The translations under genes were made by a program, and so were the position numbers. A DNA stretch of 64,000 nucleotides from the human T2T-CHM13v2.0 reference genome, Homo sapiens: NCBI RefSeq assembly GCF_009914755.1, contig NC_060934.1. The stretch is one strand, 5' to 3'. Below the pieces are notes generated by a model. It did no database searches. It had not been told where the DNA came from and saw nothing but the letters and a program-made list of their open reading frames with translations. Positions within the stretch are counted from its first letter, which is position 1. Each line of letters starts with the position of its first letter. Positions 51,302 to 64,000 of this stretch are shown one piece after another.

Positions 51302-51418
51302 CAACCTACAGAATCCAGAGTTCTCAGTTCATCTCCCATCCTAGTCCAATCATGGCCTAACATCCTTAGCTACCGATCGCAGAGGAGACTGCGCATTTGT
51401 GTTCATGTGGCCTTGGAT
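51302..51418 (-). pseudogene. Degenerate 5S rRNA pseudogene (RNA5SP-type)
   Basis: Collinear with the reverse complement of 5S rRNA over ~117 nt: CCTACAG...TCTCCCATCCnAGT...GGCC...CTTAGCTnCCGA...CAGAnGAGA...TGGCC, with many substitutions. Confidence 0.85.
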
Positions 51419-53002
51419 GTTGGCAGATTCAGATTGGTGCCCCAGACATCTGTGCCTGTAACTGCAGTTTCAGCGGGCTCAGGACCAGGCTAAAGGGCCT
51501 CCAAGCTTCCTCCAGTTTCCTGGTGCATGCATGTGCAATATACTCCCGTGGCCTGGGTCTTTCCTGCCGCTTCTTGCCAGTTGGGTCAGAACTAGCTTAT
51601 TAACCAGTTTTTTCTGAGCTTTAATCGAACTGGCTCCAACCAGTTGGAGACTTGAAAAGGGCTACGTGATAGTTATAGATTTTTAAAGATATATTATTAT
51701 TTTAGAGTAGTATTGAGTGTACAGCAAAATGGAGTACAGGGTCCAGAGATCTCATATGGCCTCAATTCCTGTACACTCTCAGGTCACTCCACCAATAACC
51801 TCCTACACCAGAGCCACTTTGAAACATTAGAAAATATATTTGAGCATTCAGAAATGTATAAACTAGGCAGCTCCAGACTGCAAGCAGCTCAGAGTTCCAA
51901 CAGAGAGGGAGGGTGGGGGAAGAATTTTATATGGTGAATGTGGAAGAAAAAGAAAATACTTGATTGGGTAAAGTGGAGCAGTGGCCTCATTTGGAACATT
52001 ACAGTGGAAAGTCTCTAGTTAGATGTTAGTTGGTGGTTTCTGACTGGTTAAACTTAAGTTTCCTTTTATTATTTACACTGAGTCAAGTTTTGGGTTATTT
52101 AAGGAGGAATTGAGTGCACTGCAGCCACCTCAGCCTCATGGCCACCTGTTTATTTGATTATTTTTAACAGAGAAGATCCTTTTAAAAATATCTGTTACCC
52201 TGGCTGGAGTGCAGTGACGTGATCACGGCTCACTGCAGCCACAACCTTCCAGCTTAGGTGATCCTCCCACCTCAGTGCTCCCCACCCTGAGTAGCTGGGA
52301 CTATAGGCATGTGCCACCACACCACCATGCTAGGCTAATGGTTTGTATTTGTTTGAGAGATGCAGTTTCCCTAAGTTGCTTAGGCTTCTTTTTTAGACTC
52401 AAATAATCTGCATGCATTGGCCTCCCTTAGTGCTGGAATTACAGGCCATCTAAATCTTTTATCTCAGGTTTGCCTTGTGACAAAAGGAGGGGTACTTTTT
52501 CTGACATGATGAGGCAGAGAAAGGTGAGGTGGGCGCATCCTGTGCATATGATTTTCTCAGGTGATGGGAATATGGTTGGCTCTTGACTAATGGGATATAT
52601 TTTCTCTTTGAATGATTTGGCAAGATATCAGATGAGAGAAATTGAATGAATGTTAGAAGAACATAGAAAAAACAGGTTATACACGTTGGGTTTCTGAAGA
52701 AATGATGTGTTTGGAGAAACAAAACTTTTATTGATTTCTGGAAACATTTAGGGCCAATTTTTTATGTAAGTAATTTGAATTTATGATGATATCTCTGACC
52801 ACTTTTTGATACTTTTTCTGGTTCAGGTGAGTAGTGTCATTGAGCAAACACAAAGTCGGGCTCATCCAAGGATGAGATTTTGCCAGAGAAAGGACGAGCA
52901 GCAAGTCAGGGAGCTTAAGGTAATTATGGGAAAGTGACTATCTGCAATTGCTTAGGTAGAAGGAGACAGATTGGATTTTTGTGTGTTTGGTATTTGGGAT
53001 AA

Positions 53003-53360
<358 letters not shown>

Positions 53361-55505
53361 GTTTATTCTCTTAAGAGAGAAAATGAGGGGATTAGTGGAC
53401 TGTAGTTCTGGACAAGGTGGAAAACTCTTAAAGTGGAAGTATTGGGGCAAGTGCTCTGACAGGCTAGGATGGTGCAGTCAGTCACTTCACCCAGAAATCA
53501 GTAGAATGTTAACAGTTCAGACTCAAACCTTGTGAAAAACAGGTTCTAGAAAGGAAATCCCTCACAGCAACTGGCACCATAATCAAGACAGAATTTTTGC
53601 AGAATAAATGGAGTTACCTGCTTTCAGCCCCAGGTCGTAGCTATTGTCTGCCCTGCTGATATGTGATAATAATTTGTGATCCTGTTGTCTTAAAATGGGG
53701 TCACTCATCTCCAGTAGAATTAAGTCCACAGTGAAGTTGTCCCCCCATCCCCAGAGATAAACATATATGAATGAACTCACGTGATAACAACTACTGCTGC
53801 CTGGGATCATGAGAGACCTGAACTGAACTGATAGGAAGTGAAAGGTGGCTGAGGTAATGAGAATAGACCCATCTGCAGAGGATCATAAAACCAGCAAAGA
53901 CAAGATCTTGTCTAAGATGCCTTCACAAACTTTGTCCATGAGAACTCTAAGGACTTCTCCAGACCTGTTGGCTGCTGCTGTGATCTCTGCCCAAGAGGAG
54001 CCTCTGACCAACATCCAAAGGGCTTCTGGACCCACTGGACTCCTCTGGAGGTACCTTGGTCTCCCGATCCATGGCTGTGGTTTTTTACTCCGTTTATCAC
54101 TGCCTGTGTGTAGAATGATAATTGCACAATTGATAGTGTGAAGACCTCTTGATAAATGGTGAATCTGAGCATATGTATTTGGCTGACATGTCATTGTGAA
54201 ACCTCACAGCTTCAGTCAGTGTCAGCACAGCTAGGGAGCATGTACCTAATGCACATATCACTGGGCATAGTCTACAGGCACCTAATAACTCAGGTACCTT
54301 AACAGTCACTAATGAGTGTCTCTCCAAGGTCTAAACAATGGAAGACTGTAGAAGATGTTATTCATTAAGATATCTCAAGAATGTGGAAGACTATTATTCG
54401 CTTCTAAAGGGACAGGACTTCATAGGGCACCTGAAGAAACTCCCATGAAAAATCACTTTTACAAAATGTCAAGTTATGATATCCAAGATGAAACCAATGA
54501 GTCACAACATTCACATAATACACTGTACAACCCTGATCTCTTGACTGTCATCAAATGTTTCTTACCTCTAAACCAAAGTTTCATTTTATAATTTAATTTT
54601 TCTCATTTTTTCTGTTCTCTTAGCTTAAGAAAAGATCATTACAAACTTTTTGTAAGTTTTTCATATATGCTTGCAAAGGGTTGTAAAACTTTATTGTGAT
54701 TATTCTTGCTTTAAGCTGAAACTTCCCTAATCTTTCTTTAGAGATTGTGGCATAGCATGATAGTTTCTTTTCCATATCCAATTGTTTTCTGTAATGAATA
54801 CAGAAATATGGGCACTATTTTGTAACTTTAAATAGACATCATCTCAAGTCTACAAGAATTATCCAAAATGGTATTTAATGACATTTCTAGGTCTTCAGAC
54901 ACTATTAATGCAGATTGTACCCTCTAGGTCCTGAAGATTTTACTAGATACTGGTTACTGAAACTGAGCTTTCTTGAATTATTTTTCCTTCCACTGTGGTT
55001 TCCCGCATTTCAACACATCACCTATTTTTGTCCTCAAACATTACTTAAATTTTTTCCACAGAATTAAATTAAATATGAATCATCCCTCCTCTGATTTTTG
55101 AAATGACCCTTTGCTTCCTATGATAATGATTCTTCTGGTCCGTTTTGTAGTTATATGTTAGAGTTTGTAAATAGTCACACATTTTGCAACTGCATATAAT
55201 TTTCTTATTATTTTTTCCTCTTCCTCTAAACCTGCTGTTATTTCTTTTAACTTTTTGTGGGAAAAATTAAACCCATCTTTCACTTTGTTGATATACTTAT
55301 TTATAATTGAACTCCTTGATTTTTGCTCGAATTGCTTTTCAAGTTACCCACTTTTAGGGAAGACATTATTTGGGTTTTGTTTAGTGTATCAGGCTTTTTT
55401 TAGTTAGTTGTATCAAGAAGTGTAGACTTTTCTATACATAATATCCTTTTTCCCACAGTAGTTTTGTTTTTTTGTTTTGTTTTTTTGTTTTTTTTTTTAA
55501 AGTCT

Positions 55506-55848
<343 letters not shown>

Positions 55849-57245
55849 TTACCAGAAATATCTCTAGAGTCACATGGTCCTTTCTCCCTTCTTGCTTTTG
55901 TAGGAGTCCAAAGCTAATCTGTCCCTGATCCGGATTGCAGGCACCTGTGCCTTTTGGGGCCCTTCTGCATTAGTTCTTCCTTCTCTTCTAACCTCAAAAA
56001 TGTGTTTTCTCTGTTGGCTCTTTCCCTTTAACATAGAAGTATACTCACGCTTTTGTTGAATCTTGGAATAAAAGTCTTCCTTTACCACATATCTCCCTTT
56101 AATACTACATCTCTCTTCTCAGCCAAATACTTGGGAAGAGAAGCCCTGAGTTTGTGTCATTGTTTTCTCACCTCCAGTTCACTACTTTACCCACTGCCTG
56201 ACATCCAGCTCGCTCACACACACACACACAAGCCCAGTCACTAAGTTGCCATAGCTAATTTGTAGCTTTCCTGCCCTCCTGGCAAAATTTGACTCTGCAT
56301 TGGGATAATACATGTTGAGTACCTATTGAACAGGCACTGTGCTAGGTGCTGCTGTTATAGATATGAAAAGAAGGCATCATCTCCTTTCTAACAACTCACA
56401 GGAGCAGCCATTCCTGATTCATATGCAGGTCTCTTGAGTCTCATTGCTCACTTTTGCAAGCTTCACTTAATGCCGTGTAAATCACCCTATTCTCCAGGTC
56501 TTCTTTCTTCCCAGTTCTCCTTACTATACACAACTTCTCAGGGCAGTCACCTCCACACCCATGGCTTCAATTGCTTTCTCCATTCTCTGAGAACAATAGA
56601 ATTTTAAATGGCTTTTTTTTCATGTATTAGCTTTATTTTATACAAGGTGCCTCACTTGCTGTAACCATAGATTCAAAGTTGCTCCATGAAAGTAATAAAT
56701 GAAAAATGGTGATTTTTTTAGCATGTAAATTTTAGGAAATTTCCCCAGTTACGCTTAATGGCTTGATTTAGTATGTATGTTATTTTTGAAAACATATGTT
56801 GGGATGTCACAAATGGACTTAGCCTACAGAGGTTTATATTCAACTTTTGACCAGAGAGTTCCATTTTAATGTGACACTGAGAGTAAAAAACTATCTTTTC
56901 CTCCTTACCTATTTCTCTTCCTACATTCTCGGCCAGGAGGAAGGCACTGCTACATACCCAGTCTTCCCCAGCAGAGCCTGAGCAGCTCTGTTTTCCTTCT
57001 ACTTCCCCTCTTCTTTCACATCTCATGACCAAGCACTTCCTATTCTGTCTCCCAAATGATCACAGACTTTTTCCTCCGCTTTTGTCACTGCCACTGCCCT
57101 TAGCATTACTCTGCCTTTAGAGAAAGTCTCTTAATTTGTTTGGTTGCTTCCTTCAGTCCTTATTGTACAGACCACTACACACACATCTGACAGAGACTTT
57201 TCACCTTTTCATGGTTCAATGACTGAAATTCCCAGAATAAAATTA

Positions 57246-58080
<835 letters not shown>

Positions 58081-58220
58081 TCAGCAAGGTTGAAGCATAA
58101 AAGGTTAATAGCCAGAATCATTTATCAATTGTATTTCTATACATCTACAAGACACAATCTGAAAATGAAATTAGAGAAACAATTTCACTGGGCAACAAGA
58201 GCAAAACTTCATCTCAAAAT

Positions 58221-58221
<1 letters not shown>

Positions 58222-58257
<36 letters not shown>
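58222..58257. repeat. (ATC)n microsatellite forming the tail of an Alu 3'-end fragment
   Basis: About 12 ATC units following CTGGGCAACAAGAGCAAAACTTCATCTC. Confidence 0.93.
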
Positions 58258-58302
58258 TACAATGTCATTTCCCATCCAAGCTTGACTTCTACCTTTACTT
58301 TC

Positions 58303-59023
58303 TGATATGGTTTTGCCATGCCCCCACCCAAATCTCATCATGAATTATAATCCCCATAATCCTGATGTGTCGAGTGAGGGGCCTAGGGGGAGGTGATTGG
58401 ATCACGGGGGCAGTTATCCTCATGCTGTTCTTGTGATATTCAGTAAGTCCTCATGAGATCTTATAGGGTTTTGTTTTGTTTTGTTTTTTGGGATGGAGTC
58501 TTGCTCTGTTGTCCAGGCAGGAGTGCCATGGCACGATCTTGGCTCACTGCAGTCTCTGCCTCTTGAGTTCCAGTGATTCTCCTGCCTCAGCCTCCTGAGT
58601 AGCTGGGATTACAGGCATGCACCACCACACCCAGCTAATTTTTGTATTTTTAGTAGAGACAGGATTTCACTACATTAGCTAGGCTGGTCTCAAACTCCTG
58701 ACCTCAGTTGATCCACCTGCCTTGGCCTCCCAAAGTACTAGGGTTACAAGTGTCAGCCACCGTGCCCAGCTGAGATCTGATGGTTTTATACTTGTTTGAC
58801 AGTTGCTCCTTCACATGTTCCCACTCTCTGTGCGGCCACCATGTAAGTCGGACCTGCCCTTCTGCCATGATTGTAAGTTTCCTGAAGGACTTCCCCCTCT
58901 GCCATGATTGTAAGTTTCCTGAGGCCTCCCCAGCCATGTGAAACTGAGTCAGTTAAACCTCTTTCCTTTAAAAATTACCCAACCTCAGGTATTTCTTTAT
59001 CAGTGTGAAAACAGACTGCTATA
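58303..59023 (+). mobile_element. MaLR MST/THE1-type LTR with an inserted antisense Alu (58468-58771)
   Basis: TGATATGGTTT...CCCACCCAAATCTCATC start, CTGCCATGATTGTAAGTTTCCTGAGGCCTCCCCAGCCATG, TTAAACCTCTTTCCTTTA. The Alu is flanked by a TGAGATCTnAT..GGTTTT duplication. Confidence 0.8.
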
Positions 59024-60344
59024 CTTTCTGATAATCATGCTTAAGCAATTGGGGAATTCAGACTAGCTGGGATCAAACTATGGCCCCACCCTTAGCAGTC
59101 ATGTGACCTTGGGGAGGTTACTTACCTTCTCCGTCTCAACAACTTCTGTAAAATCTGTAACATGAGATTGTTTCTGAGGGTTAAATGAGCATAGCACAGT
59201 GGGGACACTGTCAGGCACACACTACTTGCCAGATGTCGAGTATTCCTCTTTATTGAAATAGGACTGTGGTAAGCCACTTTATGGCTCTCGATTGTGTATG
59301 AGAAAATCATGCTTAGTGCCTTGTTAGTAAAAGAAAGAAAACCTGAAAGTCCCTGCCATGGAAGGAAGAAATAGCGGGGAGAAAAGGGAGTTGGTAAGTT
59401 TCAGCATTTCAGAGCTTGGAGGGGCAAGTTAGGTTTCTATTTTATGGAGAAGGAGGTGGAGGCAGGATGGGTCCTAAGGTGTCATTCAAAACACACAGCC
59501 ATAACTCTTTATTGAGAGTAGAGCTAGGGCCCCAGGGATTGCTGTGGTCAAGTTGCGGACAAAAATGACCACTCGTTGGAAGACAGGAGAGGAGTGTTTA
59601 GTTACAAAAGCAGTCAACAATTCAGGTGTATCTATATTCAGTCAGCAAATAAAAGTTGTTCAACTTGGTTGCTAATGGGACCCACTCTACTGAGGCTTTG
59701 TATAGAACTCATAGAGGAAGATGGCTTCAAGGAATGAACTACCCTGTGCTTTTCTTAGGACTAAAATCTCAGGAAGCTGGTGATGAATGAAAACCTTAGT
59801 CCCAATGGCACTGCACGAGGGGCCAGGAGAGCAGCAGCATCATAAGCCACAGGGTGGGGCAGCCAAGGCAGGGGCATTCTGAGCTGTTGGGGAGGGGTGG
59901 CAGGCAGGGTGGGGCACTGTGAGCTGTCGGGGAGGGCATTGTGAAGTGTGGGGTGGGGCATTGTGTGCCACATGCCTGGGCTCCCACCTGGGGCCAGTGG
60001 GCTTCAGTCTGTAGGTGACTACAGAAGGAGGAGGAACTCCGTCTGTTCTCTCTTCAGGCAGTTGTTGTGTCTCTCAGCGCTTGTTGGTTTCACAACCTAT
60101 TAAATAAGCCGGCTGGTCTTCACCCTCCCAGACAAGTCAACTCAGGGGAGGCAGCAGGGTGCGGGCCTTGGCCCGCAGCCCTAGCCGGGGCCGGGGCCAG
60201 GGCTGGTGCCCGGGGCCTCGCTGTGAGGTGGGCAGGCGAGGAGCGGGAAGACCATCTCTGCAAGTGCAGCATAGCCTCGGCCTAGGACAGCGGGAGTGCG
60301 TGGCCAAAGCTGTGAGCAGAGGCACAGGTGGTGGCAGACAGTAG

Positions 60345-60644
<300 letters not shown>

Positions 60645-60945
60645 TGAGGCATCCCACACTTCGAGCTCCTTTCTGCTTGTAGCCAGCTTTCCCGGGGGCT
60701 GGCCAGGAACAAAAGCTGGCTCTGCCTTGAATTCCCACCCCTTAGTCTTTCCCCACCGAGTCCAGTCAGTTTCTTTTCGCCTCCCCTCCCAATCGCCCAG
60801 TTCTTGCTCTCTCATCTCATTCTCCCAGGCTGGCATGGGACCATTTATTTATGGCTCTTGTCGAATAAGCAGCAGTTGAATAAATAAGTTGATAAATTTT
60901 TATAAATGATTACATCCTTTTTCTTTTCTCCCTCTATACATATAG

Positions 60946-61014
60946 CTTTGGAGTTTAACCTTTCTGCCAATCCAGAGTCAAGCACAATATTCCAGAGGAA
61001 CTCTCAAACAGAAG
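60946..61014 (+). CDS. AGAP6: AGAP6 coding exon 2 ([23 protein letters not shown])
   Basis: Polypyrimidine + atag acceptor, G|GTGAGA donor, 69 nt, phase 1-1 symmetric. Confidence 0.87.
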
Positions 61015-61787
61015 GTGAGACAACAGTGTCTGTAGCTCTATTTATTATCCTGTGGTACTTTGTTTAGGCTTCTTTGAGCTATTCTCTTCCTTTTCTCAGT
61101 AAAAACTCAAATATCCCAACTTTTCAGTACCCATCTTATTTTTTCTTTGTACCTATCCAGATGGTACCTAAGTGAAGGAACCAGGTAAGTGCCTAATTGT
61201 TTCCTTTGTTAAAGTAGCCAAATCTCAGGACAGTTCCTATTCAAATATTTGGGGATTTCTTATTTAAAATCAGAATGGAGGTTGCCACGGGAGAGGCTAT
61301 ATGGTATTCTTAATGGGCTGCTTTAAGTCACCTTGATAGAAGCTGCTTAGTTTCTTCTAACTGTAATTTGAACACAAAAGGAAAAAGAAAAAAGGAGAGT
61401 GCTTAAAGTAATTGTGAAAGGTGTAAAATGTCACAGCCGGGGCTGCAGAAAAATGGTTGTGTGTGTGTGTTTGGGGTTTCTCAAAGGAGTTTACCTATGA
61501 GGCTCTGATTACTTTAAAATTCTTACTTTAACAGAAAATGTGTCTCCAGATTTATTCTGGTGACTTAACAGACTTTATTTACCTGCTTGTTCTAAAAGAG
61601 AGGTGGGGATTGGTTCATGGTCAAAACTTTCAAAAGACATGAAACGTCAATGTAGACTTTTAATGTGTAATATAAAGATTGCAGGTTAAAATGTCAGACC
61701 TTCCCTGTAAGAGTGTTTGTTGCCGTGGCTCCCCGTTTGTCCCTTCCCCTCCTGACAATAGCATCTTGTTCAAAGATAAGAAAGTTA

Positions 61788-62174
<387 letters not shown>

Positions 62175-63277
62175 TTAGTTCGTTTGCCTCAAAAATTTTG
62201 CAAAGAGATGAATCTAAGTAAAAGTAATTCTGGGTAATAATATGGTTCTTGAATAAAAACTGAAATTTTCAAAATAGAAAACATTGCATCATAAACATAT
62301 TAAATCCAGTTGGCTTATTGGTTTCATTTAAATGCCAGAGATTTCATTACTGTAGAGGAAATGTCTTATAGCTCTTCTATTTAAACTTTGGTCGGGCTCT
62401 TAATTTTTAAAGAGGTAAGATAATTAAGACTCATTATGAGTGTGACTTTGTAACTTGGAAGTACTATCTTCACATTTCAAGATATTTAAGGATTGCTTTA
62501 GAATAAACAAATGCATTATGTGAATTAATTGATTGTACCTTTATACACAAAGCATGTAAGTACTTGTGTAAACTTATACTCTGCTTGGTGATGTTCGGAA
62601 AGCCTGATGGATGTTACACACCAGTTAGTAGATGGGTAGTGTTGGATGAGAGCCCAAAAATGGCTCTTTATTGTCATTCTTTAGGATTACAACACAGTTT
62701 ATGTATGTCTCACTTGGCCCTTTCCAATAGAAATAAGGCCTGTGTATGTTCTCCCTATGTATTGTTAATGAAGAAATGAAAACTTAGAGATATCACATGA
62801 CTATGGAAGACAGCTACTCAAGAGAACTAAGGTTCTGTGTCCTCAGAATGAAATGGAAGTGACAGATACGATGAATTTACTTTTTAAAAATTTTAAAAAC
62901 TCTAGAATACATCTTATATTTTGCCTATAAAATAGACCTGTCTTTTAAAACTTACTGACATCTTGATTTATTTTATGCAAAGTTGATTTTAGACAACTCA
63001 AAGCCAAAATTTACCTCTTCTGTTTTTTTTTTTTTTTTTTTTTTAATAAAGGAGGGTGTCATTGTGTTACTCTTGCTGGCCTCAACTTCCTGACCTGGGT
63101 TCAAGTGATTTTCCCATCTCAGCCTCCTGAGTAGCTGGGACTACAAGCATGTGCCATCTTGCCTGGCTCTATCTTATGTCTATACATTCATTTCAATGGA
63201 TAAGAATCAAAGTAGAGATAGTGAAATAGCCTAAATGCAGCAGTCGAATAAACGAGTTGATAAATTTTTATCAATGA

Positions 63278-63433
<156 letters not shown>

Positions 63434-64000
63434 TGATCAGGTTATAGAAAGTATTTAGAAAAACTCATATTGGTTTAAATTTTTCACCTTTTCACATGTT
63501 CACTTGTCTTATTTTAATATGTGATATACTTTCCTTTAGTTGTTATGATGTTAGTGAAAACGTGTAACCTTTTTGTTTATACATTTTGCCATCTTTTTAT
63601 CAACACAATTAATTTGTCATGTGATGGAGGAGTCATGGATTTCTCTTTATAATTCTTGGATTTATCTTTATTTATAATTAATGGATTTATCTTTATTTAT
63701 AATCCCTTTTCCCTTGCTCCAAAAAGTACACTTTAAAGATGAATGATAGAACTTAGGCTTCAGCTTGGTTTTCATTTAAACAAATTAAAAAACATAGTTG
63801 TTTATCATCAGGGATTGAATCTGTGATTTGGGCCTCCTCTTACACAGTCCTCTGACCACATTCATTTACCACATCCAAGTTCATGCTACTCAAAAGTTTT
63901 AGGTTATTAACTTTTTCATTTGATGTAATGTAAATTTAAACATGCCCTACTCCTGCTTATTTCCCTCAATGTTATGTTAAATCCTCATTTATTTGCCAAC

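Noticed and set aside
53845-54141. 98-aa ORF in unique sequence upstream of AGAP6
   Set aside because: GTG start, no recognisable homology; may be non-coding exon sequence but not supportable from sequence alone.
58858-58925. Tandem copy of CTGCCATGATTGTAAGTTTCCTGA
   Set aside because: Small slippage duplication inside an MST LTR; no evidence of function.

Overview
Human (hominid) genomic DNA, recognisable as the 10q11.2 segmental-duplication locus PARG / TIMM23B / AGAP6. Minus strand: PARG coding exons 1-4 (codons 1-485; the gene continues beyond the left edge). PARG is head-to-head with TIMM23B across a ~470-bp CpG-rich bidirectional promoter. TIMM23B has 7 coding exons (188 aa) and a non-TIMM23 last exon; it hosts a SNORA74/U19-type H/ACA snoRNA in intron 4. 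Near the right edge are the first three coding exons of AGAP6, which resemble the N-terminus of cyclin Y-like proteins; exons 2 and 3 are a tandem duplicate. Also present: a decayed 5S rRNA copy, a sense-oriented SVA, LTR8/MER21/MLT1/MST LTRs, L1/L2/MIR fragments and more than 30 Alus. The most unusual structure is a 3.7-kb composite array in TIMM23B intron 6, built from one Alu, about 21 collapsed ~52-bp mini-Alus and (GAAAT)n spacers, beginning at an inverted Alu/Alu junction. Gene names and paralog comparisons rest on recalled protein sequences, not a database search. Exon coordinates were derived by hand from splice sites and reading-frame continuity; repeat boundaries are approximate.
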